Positions 54,132-63,725 are shown, counted from the stretch's first letter. The stretch: DNA of 64,000 nucleotides from Candidatus Iainarchaeum sp. (GCA_018304465.1 JAGVWC010000012.1:32001-96000); one strand, 5' to 3'. Notes: generated by a model from the letters alone, not told the origin. Numbers and translations: made by a program.

Positions 54132-54737
54132 ATGACCCATAAATCAACCTACAAATTGTTGTTCAAACGCCGACGAAGCGGAAAAACAAATTACGCCAAG
54201 CGACTGGCGTTGCTAAAATCACACCAGCCGCGGCTCGTGGTCCGAAAAAGCAACAACTTGATGAAATTGCAGATCGTCCAGTATTCGGAAAAAGGAGACT
54301 TCACGGTTGTTTCGTCGAGTTCGCAGGAACTCGGGGGATTCAATTGGAAATCGAATCTGGGAAACGTTCCCTCCGCGTATTTGGCGGGTTTTTTGCTTGG
54401 AAAACGCGCGGTGGCCGCAGGAATCAAAACCGCGGTGCTTGACATCGGATTGCATACGCCGATGCACAAAGGACGCATTTTTTCGGCGGTCAAAGGCGTG
54501 CTGGACGCGGGTTTGACTGTTCCGGTGGGCGAAGACGCGTTGCCGGATGAAAAACGCGTAAGCGGAAAGCATATTGAAGCGTTTGCACAAAAATTGGATG
54601 GCGAAAAAGCCAAGAAACAGTTTTCAAAAGAAATGCAAAACGGGTTTGATCCGAAAAAAATCTCGGAATCGTTTACGCAGGTCAAAAGCGCGATTGAAAA
54701 AGACCCGGCAAAAAAAACCGTGAAAACCAAAAAGTAA
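54132..54737 (+). CDS. rpl18: 50S ribosomal protein uL18
   Basis: RRRSGKTNYAKRL, RLVVRKSN, NVPSAYLAG, LDIGL. Confidence 0.96.
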   Translation: MTHKSTYKLLFKRRRSGKTNYAKRLALLKSHQPRLVVRKSNNLMKLQIVQYSEKGDFTVVSSSSQELGGFNWKSNLGNVPSAYLAGFLLGKRAVAAGIKTAVLDIGLHTPMHKGRIFSAVKGVLDAGLTVPVGEDALPDEKRVSGKHIEAFAQKLDGEKAKKQFSKEMQNGFDPKKISESFTQVKSAIEKDPAKKTVKTKK

Positions 54738-54750
54738 TGTTGAGTGATCG

Positions 54751-55466
54751 ATGATGGTACGAAAGCAAAAAGCAGGAGAAAGAAAAGGAGACCGCAGAGG
54801 ACGACGCGGAGGCGACGAATTTTCAGTCGAAGCCATGCGCGAAAAAGAAAACGAAAAACGATTAAACGACTGGGTTCCCAAAACCGAATTGGGTAAACGC
54901 GTTAAAAACGGCGAAATCGAATCGCTCGATTACATTTACGATCACGGATACAAGATTTTGGAACCCGAAATCGTGGATGCTTTGATGTCAAACGCCATGG
55001 ACAAAATGGTGGAACTCAAAAAAACCGCGCGTGTCGTGCGAAGCGGACGACAGTTTTCCTACCGGGCCACGGTTTTGGTTGGAAACGGAAAAGGATTTAT
55101 CGGAGTCGGAATCGCGTCCGATCGCGAACGCGTGCCGGCTTTGCAGAAAGCGAAACGAAAAGCGAAACTTTCTTTGGTTCGCGTTTACCGCGGTTGCGGA
55201 AGTTGGGAATGCAAATGCGGATTGCCCCATTCGTTGCCGTTTACCACGAAAGGAAAAATGGGTTCGGTTAAAGTGGAACTCATGTCGGCGCCCCGGGGAC
55301 TCGGGCTTGTGGTCGGAGAACACATCAAAGACGTGCTCCGATTCGGTGGAATCTCGGACGCGTGGTCTAAGCCGCTGTGAACGCGCTGGAACGTGCAAGC
55401 AAAATGCAGCAATCGGAAGAGATCACCAGAAAGATCGGCCGAATGGACGCAAAAGAGAGGATGTAA
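54751..55466 (+). CDS. rps5: 30S ribosomal protein uS5, frameshifted at ~55370 (annotated frame stops at 55380; natural C-terminus continues to 55466 in another frame)
   Basis: WVPKTELG, RGCGSWEC, APRGLGLV; after DAWSK the conserved GxTxTxxNxxK stretch is missing and AAVNALER... resumes out of frame. Confidence 0.9.
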
Positions 55467-55928
55467 ATGTTGGCAGTTGTTCGAATCAAAGGCGAAGTGC
55501 ACACGCCGTATGACGTGCGCGATACCATGAAAATGCTCCGGTTGGAACGCATCAATCACATGATCGTTCTTTCGGATTCGCCGGTCAATCACGGAATGCT
55601 CAAAAAAGTCGAGCACTTGATTACGTACGGTCCGGTCGACGCCCAGACGTTTTCGCGCGTGCTTGAAAAACGCGGAAAGCTTTCAGGAGACAAAAAACTC
55701 GATGCGGAATTCTTAAAAACCCACAAAGCGAAGAATCTAGATGAAGTCGCGGAATGGGTGCTTTCGCAAAAGAAATCATTAAAAGACCTTGGAGTCAAAC
55801 CGGTGTTTCGTCTTCACCCCCCCAAAAAAGGATTCGGACGCACCGGTGTCAAAACCGGTTTTTCGATGGGCGGCGGATCCGGAGATCGAAAAGAAAAGAT
55901 CAATGATTTGATCAAACGCATGAGCTAA
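55467..55928 (+). CDS. rpl30: 50S ribosomal protein uL30
   Basis: AVVRIKG, GMLKKV, FRLHPPKKG, INDLIKRM. Confidence 0.96.
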   Translation: MLAVVRIKGEVHTPYDVRDTMKMLRLERINHMIVLSDSPVNHGMLKKVEHLITYGPVDAQTFSRVLEKRGKLSGDKKLDAEFLKTHKAKNLDEVAEWVLSQKKSLKDLGVKPVFRLHPPKKGFGRTGVKTGFSMGGGSGDRKEKINDLIKRMS

Positions 55929-55944
55929 AACAGGATTGAATAGC

Positions 55945-56379
55945 ATGGTTGTTCGAAAAGGAAAAAAAAGCGTTAAAAAACTCGGGAACAGAACCCGCCA
56001 CGGAAACAAAAAGAACTGGCGTGGAAAAGGAAGCCGGGGCGGAAAAGGCCACGCGGGAAGCCAAAAACAAAAGCGAAACTCGTATCAGCATTTGTTCGGC
56101 AAAAAAATCCGCATGGCGCGAAAATCCATCAAACCCATCGCGGTGAACCTGCGGGAACTTGACGCGTTGATTCCGATGTGGATTGAACAAAAACTGGTTG
56201 AAAAGAACAAAGACGGTCAGTTCGTGATTGACGGGAAAAAAGTCGGGATTCAAAAAGTGCTCGGCGGCGGAGACACCGAACTGGATGTTGTGTTTGTGAA
56301 CATTAAGTTAACCAAGAAAGCAAGCGATAAGGTGGAAGGAACCGAGTTCGAGTCTTTAGGCGGAGAGGAAAGTCAATGA
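55945..56379 (+). CDS. rpl15: 50S ribosomal protein uL15
   Basis: RGKGSRGGKGHAG, KVLGGG. Confidence 0.93.
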   Translation: MVVRKGKKSVKKLGNRTRHGNKKNWRGKGSRGGKGHAGSQKQKRNSYQHLFGKKIRMARKSIKPIAVNLRELDALIPMWIEQKLVEKNKDGQFVIDGKKVGIQKVLGGGDTELDVVFVNIKLTKKASDKVEGTEFESLGGEESQ

Positions 56380-57764
56380 GTGCTTTTCTGAATGCGCTGG
56401 AGCCGTTTTACCGCTGGTTGCCAGAGGTAAAGACCCCGGAGCAGCAGCCCTCGTTGTCGAATCGGCTGAAATGGACATTCGGAGTATTGCTGATTTTTTT
56501 CGTCATGGGCGCCGTGTCCGTGATCGGATTGGATTTAAGCGCGTCTGCCGGCGGACAATTGTCCACGTTGCAGTTCATTTTGGCGTCCAATATCGGAACC
56601 TTGATTACGGTTGGAATCGGACCCATTGTGCTTGCGTCGATTATTTTGCAGTTGTTGGTCGGCGGAAAAATCATCAACGTGGATTTAAGCAATCCGAAAG
56701 ACAAAGCGCGTTTTAGTTCCGCACAAAAATTATTGGCGTTGATATTGTGTTTTTTCGAATCGTTAGCGTATGTCATCGGCGGACTTGTCGCGCCGCAAGC
56801 GGGCTGGTTTATTCCCGTCGTGCTGCAGATTGCGCTTGGTTCGATTATTTTGATGTATTTGGATGAAGTCGTTTCCAAATATGGAATCGGAAGCGGAATC
56901 GGTTTGTTCATTGCGGCCGGAGTCGCAAGCCACATCGTGTGGAGAATTTTTAATCCGTTTAACACCATTGGTCAGTTCGATCCGTTAAACGGAAGCGGAT
57001 TGTTGTTTTTGTTTTTCGCGAATCTTGGATCCGGAATCCTGGGCGCGGGAGTCGCGTATTTGCTTCCGATCTTAATCACGTTGATTATCTTTTTCGTGGT
57101 CGTGTTTGTCGAAGGAATGCATGTCAATATTCCGATTACCATGGGTCGCGCCGGAGTCGGCGGACGATTTCCCGTGAAATTATTGTATGTTTCGAATGTT
57201 CCGGTGATTTTGGCGGCTGCGTTTTTGGCGAATATTCAGTTGCTGTCGACCGCAGGGCAAAAGATTCCCTTGATTGGCAGCGTGTTCGCAGCGATTTCGA
57301 GTTTTTTAACGACGCCCAACGGGTTGCTGGTGACGATTATTCAGCAGTTGGTGCAAGGCGGCGGAGACATCGCGTTTTTGCTTCCGCAAATCGGGCATGC
57401 GGCGGTGTATTTGGTGTTTTTTACGATTATTTGCGTGGTATTTGGAAAACTATGGGTGGAATTGGCGGGCCAGGGAAGCGGCGCGGTTTCCGAGCAGTTA
57501 CAGCGCGCGGGCATGTCGATTCCGGGTTTTCGACGGGATCCGAGGGTCATGCGACAGGTTTTGGATCGGTATATCCCGACTATTACCATTCTGGGGTCTG
57601 CGTTCGTAGGAATTTTAGCCGGTTTTGCGGATTTAACCAATGCCTTGGGGACCGGAACCGGGATTTTGCTGACCGTCGGTATTGTATACCGTTTATACGA
57701 GGATTTGGCCAAACAGCAGGTATTTGAATCAAACCCTATGCTGGCCAAGATGATCGGGGGATAA
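56376..57764 (+). CDS. secY: Preprotein translocase SecY
   Basis: GIGPIVLASIILQLL, KYGIGSGIGLFI, LLYVSNVPVI, IPGFR, GTGILLTV; 10 TM pattern. Confidence 0.97.
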   Translation: MSAFLNALEPFYRWLPEVKTPEQQPSLSNRLKWTFGVLLIFFVMGAVSVIGLDLSASAGGQLSTLQFILASNIGTLITVGIGPIVLASIILQLLVGGKIINVDLSNPKDKARFSSAQKLLALILCFFESLAYVIGGLVAPQAGWFIPVVLQIALGSIILMYLDEVVSKYGIGSGIGLFIAAGVASHIVWRIFNPFNTIGQFDPLNGSGLLFLFFANLGSGILGAGVAYLLPILITLIIFFVVVFVEGMHVNIPITMGRAGVGGRFPVKLLYVSNVPVILAAAFLANIQLLSTAGQKIPLIGSVFAAISSFLTTPNGLLVTIIQQLVQGGGDIAFLLPQIGHAAVYLVFFTIICVVFGKLWVELAGQGSGAVSEQLQRAGMSIPGFRRDPRVMRQVLDRYIPTITILGSAFVGILAGFADLTNALGTGTGILLTVGIVYRLYEDLAKQQVFESNPMLAKMIGG

Positions 57765-57852
57765 CAAGAATTTTTTAAATGAATCGGCAGAAGAATATGT
57801 AATATACAAAAAACCCGTTTTGCCGATTTTTTTGCGTCTTTTGGTGCATAGA

Positions 57853-58326
57853 ATGGTATTTGGGTTCCCGGTAAGCATTGAAATCTTCGCCTTTTCGGCT
57901 TTATTGGCCGTGGTGTCAAAGGTTTTGCAGTTTACCTTGATGGACCGAAAAGCCTTTTTGGCAAGCCAAAAGCAAATGAAAGAACAGCAAAAAAAAATGC
58001 AGGAATTGGCAAGTAAGGAGGATGCAGAATCGAAGAAAGAACTCGAATCATTGCAAACGCAAATGTTGGAAAATTTCAATAAGTCCATTCAGATGATGGG
58101 AAAAATGATGGTCGTAAGCCTCGTGGTTTTCGGACCCGCATTGTATTTTCTCCAAGCATGGTTCGGTGGAAGCCTGGTGCAGTTGCCGTTTCCGTTGCCG
58201 ATTGTTCATCGGGATTTGTCGTTTGAGATTACGAGTACGATCAGTTGGTTCTGGACGTATATTTATTCTTCGCTCGTCTCGAGTTTGATCATCGGGGCGA
58301 TTTTGAAAGCGTTGAAAATGGAATAA
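57853..58326 (+). CDS. DUF106 / EMC3-TMCO1 (Oxa1 superfamily) membrane protein
   Basis: TM - coiled coil - two TM architecture, LPFPLP, WFWTYI; typical position after secY. Confidence 0.85.
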   Translation: MVFGFPVSIEIFAFSALLAVVSKVLQFTLMDRKAFLASQKQMKEQQKKMQELASKEDAESKKELESLQTQMLENFNKSIQMMGKMMVVSLVVFGPALYFLQAWFGGSLVQLPFPLPIVHRDLSFEITSTISWFWTYIYSSLVSSLIIGAILKALKME

Positions 58327-58338
58327 AGGATTGAAACA

Positions 58339-58677
58339 ATGACCAGCCACGGAAGAAAAGGAAAACGCGCAAAGACGCGCAAAGGAATCGCGGGACACAA
58401 AACCAAAATGGTTTCAGCCAAGCACGGCAAACGCTTCTGCGCGATCAACGGAGAATTGCTGCATGGCGTTCCGCATGGACACACATTGGTGGAAGTTCGG
58501 AAACTGTCCAAGACCAAGCGTAGACCCAGCCGGATTTTCGGCGGGATTCTTTCCGGAAAAGCGACGAAACGCATCATCGAAGACGCGGCCGCGGTCCGGT
58601 TCGGAACCAAGCGCATCGAAGACGTGGAATTGCGATATAAAAAATTCGTGGAACAAGCGCTGCGAACAATGGAGTAA
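58339..58677 (+). CDS. rpl34e: 50S ribosomal protein eL34
   Basis: CAINGELLHGVP, SKTKRRPSRIFGG. Confidence 0.88.
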   Translation: MTSHGRKGKRAKTRKGIAGHKTKMVSAKHGKRFCAINGELLHGVPHGHTLVEVRKLSKTKRRPSRIFGGILSGKATKRIIEDAAAVRFGTKRIEDVELRYKKFVEQALRTME

Positions 58678-58697
58678 AAAAAGAAAAGGGATGAATT

Positions 58698-58919
58698 ATG
58701 GCAGGAATTGAAGTAGGACGCATTTGCATCAAGACAACGGGTCGAAACGCGGGAAAACGCGTGGTCGTTGTCGATATTGAAAAAGACGGGTTTGTTACGA
58801 TCGAAGGCGTGGAAGTCAAGCGCAAACGCTGTAATCCAAGCCATTTGTTTGTCACGCCGGAAAAGGCGGAATTGAAAAAAGGAGCCAAACGAGAAGAAAT
58901 CGTTTCGGCGCTCAAGTGA
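58698..58919 (+). CDS. rpl14e: 50S ribosomal protein eL14
   Basis: IEVGRICIKTTGRNAGK, KRKRCNPSHL. Confidence 0.93.
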   Translation: MAGIEVGRICIKTTGRNAGKRVVVVDIEKDGFVTIEGVEVKRKRCNPSHLFVTPEKAELKKGAKREEIVSALK

Positions 58920-58931
58920 GTTGAATAAAAT

Positions 58932-59465
58932 ATGACTGAGAAAAAAGAAATTCGATACATTGTCCGGATCATCAACAAGGATTTGACGGGAACCTCGCAG
59001 ATTTACAAGGCGGTTCAGGAAATCAAGGGAATCGGACAACGCATGGGAAAAAACATCGCGGAAGCGTTTGAAAAAGAAACCGGCGTGTCTCGACACACGC
59101 GCATCGGCGAAATGACCGAGGATTTGGATCAAAAACTTGAAGACATAGTGTTGCATCCGGACAAGCACGGCTTGCCCAAATGGACTTTGAATCGCCAGCG
59201 CGATTTTGAAACGGGTGCCACGACGCACATGGTCATGAGCGAACTGGATTTTGCGATCCGAAAGGATTTGCAGCGGCTCAATCAGATCAAGTCGTATCGT
59301 GGTTTGCGCCATTCATGGGGATTGCCCGTGCGCGGACAAAAAACCAAGTCGACTCACCGCGGAAAAGGCGGAGTGGTCGGTGTCACCAAGAAAGACGCCA
59401 AGGGCGGAGCATCGGCTTCGGCGGCAAAACCAGCCGCACCAGCCAAGCCCGCGGCCAAGAAATGA
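58932..59465 (+). CDS. rps13: 30S ribosomal protein uS13
   Basis: IKGIG, LNRQRD, SYRGLRHSWGLPVRGQKT. Confidence 0.97.
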   Translation: MTEKKEIRYIVRIINKDLTGTSQIYKAVQEIKGIGQRMGKNIAEAFEKETGVSRHTRIGEMTEDLDQKLEDIVLHPDKHGLPKWTLNRQRDFETGATTHMVMSELDFAIRKDLQRLNQIKSYRGLRHSWGLPVRGQKTKSTHRGKGGVVGVTKKDAKGGASASAAKPAAPAKPAAKK

Positions 59466-59483
59466 TTGAGAAAGGGATGTTAG

Positions 59484-60089
59484 ATGGGCGATACAAAAAA
59501 ACCAAAAAAGCAATATGCGCGTCCGCGAAAGCCGTGGGATCGCAACAGACTTGAAAGCGAAACAAAGCTTAAGGAAAATTTCGGCTTGAAAAACAAGCGG
59601 GAAATCCGAAGCGCGGAAGCGATCGTGCGCAAGAAACGCCAAAACGCGCGAATGCTCTTGGCGCTGACCATGGAAAAACGCGAAAAACAGCAAAAAGAAT
59701 TGCTGCAAAGCCTTGAAAAAATCGGGTTGCTTCGCAATAGCGCCGGGGTCGACGACGTGTTGAGCTTGTCGGTCACCGAAATGATGGAGCGTCGATTGCA
59801 AACCCAAGTCGTTCGAAAAGGATTGGCCAACACCATGAAACAAGCGCGCCAGTTCATCACGCACGGACACATTGCCATTAACGGCCGGAAAGTTTCAAGC
59901 CCGGGTTACATCGTTCGAAAAAACGAGGAAGACCACATCGGGTTTTACGGAAAACCGATAACCAACGCGAATCCGGAAACCAAAGCCGAAACCAAGAAAA
60001 AATTCGAGGAAGCGCTGCCCAAAGGCGAAGAAGCTCCGGCAAACCCCGAAGCGGAACAAGCGCCGATTGAAGCGGAAGGTGCACAATAA
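59484..60089 (+). CDS. rps4: 30S ribosomal protein uS4
   Basis: FGLKNKREI, ERRLQTQV, QARQFITHGHI. Confidence 0.97.
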   Translation: MGDTKKPKKQYARPRKPWDRNRLESETKLKENFGLKNKREIRSAEAIVRKKRQNARMLLALTMEKREKQQKELLQSLEKIGLLRNSAGVDDVLSLSVTEMMERRLQTQVVRKGLANTMKQARQFITHGHIAINGRKVSSPGYIVRKNEEDHIGFYGKPITNANPETKAETKKKFEEALPKGEEAPANPEAEQAPIEAEGAQ

Positions 60090-60472
60090 TGGATAAGATC
60101 GGAATCATTCACATTTTTGCTTCGCATAACAACACGCAAATGTTGTTGACGGATCAGACCGGCGCGGAAACCATCGCGAAATCAACCGGTGGAATGACGA
60201 CCAAAGCCCAACACAAGGAAGGCTCGCCGTATACCGCCATGAAAATGGCCGAAGACATCGCGAACAAAGCCAAGGAACGCGGAATCCGCATCATCGACAT
60301 TAAGGTACGCGGATTTGGCGGAATTCGATCCCGAACACCGGGACCCGGCGCCGAAGCGTCCATCCGAAGCTTGACGCGAAACGGAATGCGCATTCGAAAC
60401 ATTGAAAACGTTACACCGGTTCCGCATGATGGAACCCGAAAGAAAAAGAAATTCAGAGGAAAGAAGAAATAA
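60089..60472 (+). CDS. rps11: 30S ribosomal protein uS11
   Basis: HIFASHNNT, TPGPGAEA, VTPVPHDGTR. Confidence 0.97.
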   Translation: MDKIGIIHIFASHNNTQMLLTDQTGAETIAKSTGGMTTKAQHKEGSPYTAMKMAEDIANKAKERGIRIIDIKVRGFGGIRSRTPGPGAEASIRSLTRNGMRIRNIENVTPVPHDGTRKKKKFRGKKK

Positions 60473-60480
60473 CGTAGTTG

Positions 60481-60525
60481 AAAAGCCTGGCGAAAAAAAC
60501 CGTTTTGCGGTTTTCGCCGGTTTTT
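60481..60525 (+). terminator. Hairpin with T-tail between rps11 and rpoD
   Basis: AAAAGCCTGGCGAAAA..ACCG-loop-CGGTTTTCGCCGGTTTTT imperfect inverted repeat. Confidence 0.45.
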
Positions 60526-60554
60526 GAAAAAAGCAAAAGGAGAGCGAAAAAACG

Positions 60555-61292
60555 ATGGACGTGAAAAAGATTTCAGATAATGGCAAGGAACTGAAACTCT
60601 TGATCAACGGAACCGATACCGCCATGATGAACGCGTTACGGCGAACGATCATGAACAGTGTGCCGGTGCTCGCCATCGACAAGGTGTGGTTTTATGACAA
60701 CAACTCGGTTATGACCGACGAAATGCTTTCGCATCGACTCGGATTGCTTTCCGTAAAAGGCGTTGGAAAAGTAACGGAAGGAGAAAACGCCAAATTCGCA
60801 TTGGAAAAAGAAGGACCCGGCATGGTGTATTCGGGAGAAATCATTTGTTCGACCGGAAACGCCGAGATCGTGGATAAAAAAATTCCCGTGGTTTTGCTTG
60901 GAAAAAATCAGCGCGTGAGAATGGAAATGGAGGCTGTGGTTGGAACCGGAAAAATGCACACCAAGTGGCAACCGGGAACCGTCACGTATTATCAGGTCCC
61001 AAAAGTCACGTTCGAAGGCGTCAAGGACCCGGAAGCGATCCAAAAAGCGTTTCCCGGAACCATTGAAGTCAAGGCCAAGAAATTATTTTTGGCGGATCCG
61101 TTGAATGCAAAGCAGGTCACGGAATTACGGGATCGTTTTCCGGAAGAAGTAAAGCTTGATTACGACGACAAATCATTCGTCATGATTATTGAAACGAACC
61201 GCGGAAAAGAAAACGCGGAAATCATCGAGGATAGTTTGGAGGCATTGCGCAACCGAAATAAAGAATTCAAAGAAGCGCTCAAAAGCCTTTAA
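60555..61292 (+). CDS. rpoD: RNA polymerase subunit Rpo3 (D)
   Basis: NALRRTI..VPVLAID, NNSVMTDEMLSHRLGL, HTKWQP. Confidence 0.95.
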   Translation: MDVKKISDNGKELKLLINGTDTAMMNALRRTIMNSVPVLAIDKVWFYDNNSVMTDEMLSHRLGLLSVKGVGKVTEGENAKFALEKEGPGMVYSGEIICSTGNAEIVDKKIPVVLLGKNQRVRMEMEAVVGTGKMHTKWQPGTVTYYQVPKVTFEGVKDPEAIQKAFPGTIEVKAKKLFLADPLNAKQVTELRDRFPEEVKLDYDDKSFVMIIETNRGKENAEIIEDSLEALRNRNKEFKEALKSL

Positions 61293-61320
61293 AACAGTCG
61301 CAACCAGAAGGGTATTACCT

Positions 61321-61429
61321 GCAGGGGTTCCGGAGCGGTTAAACGGACAGGACTTAAGGTAATGCAATTCCAGGTTAGAAGCGATCCTGCGGCTTAGTGC
61401 CTTCGGCGGTTCGAATCCGCCCTCCTGCA
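61321..61429 (+). tRNA. tRNA-Leu(TAA) with 25-nt intron at position 37/38 (61359-61383)
   Basis: Acceptor GCAGGGG/CTCCTGC, anticodon arm CAGGA-CT-TAA-G[intron]A-TCCTG, long variable arm, T-arm GGCGG-TTCGAAT-CCGCC, discriminator A, no encoded CCA. Confidence 0.92.
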
Positions 61430-61458
61430 AAAAAAATAATAAAAAATGGTGAAAAAAA

Positions 61459-61827
61459 ATGAAACGAACAGGACCCACAAAACCAAGTACGAAAGAATTG
61501 ATTCGACGACTGGAAAAAGAAAGCATTTCGCGAAAAGAAACCATTTGGAGAACCATTTCGCGGTTGCTTGAAGCACCGTCGCGCGGATCCATCGCGGTAA
61601 ACGTGGGAAAACTGGGTTTGCTTTCAAAAAAGTTTCCGAAAAAAGTTTTGTTGGTTCCGGGAAAAATTCTTGGAACCGGAGCGCTTGACGCGCCGATAAC
61701 GGTTTGCGGATACGAGTTTTCGGAGAGCGCCGTGAAAAAAATCGAAAAAGCGAAAGGAAAAGCCTTGACGATTCCGCAGTTGTTGGAGTCCAAAGAAAAA
61801 ATCGCTCAAATCATGCTGGTTAAGTGA
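61459..61827 (+). CDS. rpl18e: 50S ribosomal protein eL18
   Basis: AVNVGKL, VPGKILGTG, FSESAVKKI. Confidence 0.95.
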   Translation: MKRTGPTKPSTKELIRRLEKESISRKETIWRTISRLLEAPSRGSIAVNVGKLGLLSKKFPKKVLLVPGKILGTGALDAPITVCGYEFSESAVKKIEKAKGKALTIPQLLESKEKIAQIMLVK

Positions 61828-61833
61828 AGAAAT

Positions 61834-62280
61834 ATGAAAATTGTTGATTTCAAAAACGTGGTATTGGGCCGCGCGTCCACCCAAGTCGCAAAGACGCTTC
61901 TAAAAGGCGAAGACGTGATCATTGTCAACTGTGAAAAAGCGGTGGTGAAAGGAACCCGAAGCGGCGCACTCGAAAAATTCGAACGCCGGTACGCTTGGCG
62001 CACCAAGGGAAACCCGGTTAAACGCGGACCCAAGTATTCGCGCTTGCCGGACCGCATCGTGACGTGGACGATCATGCACATGCTGCCCGACGAAAAGCCC
62101 TCCGGCCGAAAAGCCTTGGAACGATTGAAGGTGTACATCGGAGTGCCCAAGAGCATGGAAGGAAAAACATTTGAAAGAATCCAGGGAGCCGAAAACATGG
62201 AGCCCAAGAAATTTTTGACGATTGAACAGATCAGCGCCAAAATGGGTTTGGAACTCAAAAGACCGAAGGTGACGAAGTGA
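61834..62280 (+). CDS. rpl13: 50S ribosomal protein uL13
   Basis: VLGRAST.VAK.LL, VNCEKA, GP..SR.PDRI, LKVYIGVP. Confidence 0.96.
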   Translation: MKIVDFKNVVLGRASTQVAKTLLKGEDVIIVNCEKAVVKGTRSGALEKFERRYAWRTKGNPVKRGPKYSRLPDRIVTWTIMHMLPDEKPSGRKALERLKVYIGVPKSMEGKTFERIQGAENMEPKKFLTIEQISAKMGLELKRPKVTK

Positions 62281-62708
62281 CCCAAGAAAAAACGAAGAAA
62301 AAATCGAAGGCCAAGGGGTTTACCGCCAAAGCCAAGAAAAAAACCGCGATTGCGCGCGCCGTAGCCCGAAAAGGAACCGGGGTCATTCGTATCAACAAGC
62401 GAAACCTCAATACCTTTGAGCCCGAATTGGTGCGCCATTTTATCAGCGAACCCATGGATATTTCAAAGCCCTTATCCGACGACGTCAACATCACGGTGTT
62501 CGTCGAGGGATCCGGTTTCATGAGCCAAGCCGTGGCGTGCCGAACCGCGATCGCCAAGGCATTGGTTGCTTACAAAAAAGACGAAAAACTTAAGAAAAAA
62601 TTTCTGGCATACGACCGCGCTCTGCTGGTCGACGATGTGCGCCGAAAAGAATCCAAGAAACAATTAGGTGTCGGTGCGCGCCGCAAGAAGCAGAAGTCCA
62701 AGAGATAA
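62277..62708 (+). CDS. rps9: 30S ribosomal protein uS9
   Basis: [37 protein letters not shown]. Confidence 0.96.
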   Translation: MTQEKTKKKSKAKGFTAKAKKKTAIARAVARKGTGVIRINKRNLNTFEPELVRHFISEPMDISKPLSDDVNITVFVEGSGFMSQAVACRTAIAKALVAYKKDEKLKKKFLAYDRALLVDDVRRKESKKQLGVGARRKKQKSKR

Positions 62709-62722
62709 AGGAGGCAATAACA

Positions 62723-62917
62723 GTGATTGTACCCGTTCGTTGTTTTAGTTGCAACAAGGTCATTGCGGACCAGTATGAAGAGTACGCCGCACGCATCGGA
62801 AAAGGAGAGAACCCTGAAAAAGTGCTCGACGACCTGGGACTCAGCCGCTATTGCTGCCGCCGCATGCTTTTGACGCACGTGGATCTGATGCCGGAATTGC
62901 TCAAATACGAAGCTTAA
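62723..62917 (+). CDS. rpoN: RNA polymerase subunit Rpo10 (N)
   Basis: PVRCFSCNK ... [17 protein letters not shown]. Confidence 0.97.
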   Translation: MIVPVRCFSCNKVIADQYEEYAARIGKGENPEKVLDDLGLSRYCCRRMLLTHVDLMPELLKYEA

Positions 62918-62930
62918 GACGAGTTGACAG

Positions 62931-63686
62931 ATGATGACGGAAAAAACCCAACCTCAAAAGACTTCCCCGGAAGCAACGAACCCGTTTTTGACGACCGGAA
63001 GCCACATCGGCACCGTGTACAAGACCGGCGACATGAAACGATACATTTTCAAGCGCCGAAAAGACGGATTGCTCGTGCTTAACGTGGAAAACATCGAAGA
63101 ACGATTGAAAATCGCGGCGGAGTTCATTGCCCAGTTTCCCGCCGACAGAGTCGTGATCGTGGCGCGCCGTTTGTACGGACAATTGCCCGCGCGAAAATTC
63201 GCGGAAATCATCGGTGCCAAAGCCTTGACCGGACGCTTTATTCCAGGAACGTTTTCCAATAAAGAACATAAAAAATTTATCGAACCCAAAGTCGTGTTGG
63301 TAACAGAACCAGAAGCGGATCTGCAAGCGATCAAAGAAGCAAGTATCGTTCGCGCGCCCGTCGTGGCGTTTGTCAGCACGAATAATTCGCTTCGAAACGT
63401 CGACTTGGCGATTCCGATGAACAACAAAGGCCGAAAAAGCCTCGCCTTGGCGTTTTATACCTTGACACGAGAATACCTGGTCAAGCACAAAGACATCAAA
63501 AACGTGGACGGTTTTTCGCTTTCGCCGGAAGACTTCGAATACAAATTAGCCACGCCAACCGGTGAAGAAGACCCCGTCAAACAAGCGATTATTGAAGGCC
63601 GTCAGTTGCGCCGAAAGCGTTTTGGTGGCCACGGACGCGGAAAAGACGATGGAGATCGTCCCCGAATGGGTCGAAAAGGGCCTTAA
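62931..63686 (+). CDS. rps2: 30S ribosomal protein uS2
   Basis: GSHIGT, GRFIPGTFSN, DLAIPMNNKGRKSL. Confidence 0.96.
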   Translation: MMTEKTQPQKTSPEATNPFLTTGSHIGTVYKTGDMKRYIFKRRKDGLLVLNVENIEERLKIAAEFIAQFPADRVVIVARRLYGQLPARKFAEIIGAKALTGRFIPGTFSNKEHKKFIEPKVVLVTEPEADLQAIKEASIVRAPVVAFVSTNNSLRNVDLAIPMNNKGRKSLALAFYTLTREYLVKHKDIKNVDGFSLSPEDFEYKLATPTGEEDPVKQAIIEGRQLRRKRFGGHGRGKDDGDRPRMGRKGP

Positions 63687-63725
63687 AACCCCTCAATTTC
63701 TAATTTTTTCACTCTATCTAGTAAA

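Noticed and set aside
55378-55380. Selenocysteine or stop-codon readthrough in rps5
   Set aside because: The conserved C-terminal residues continue in a different frame, so readthrough would not restore the protein.
58263-59312. Long antisense ORFs (this one, 9309..10397, 30879..31862, 27301..28146 and similar)
   Set aside because: They shadow well-supported genes on the opposite strand and show no recognisable motifs; expected from codon bias.
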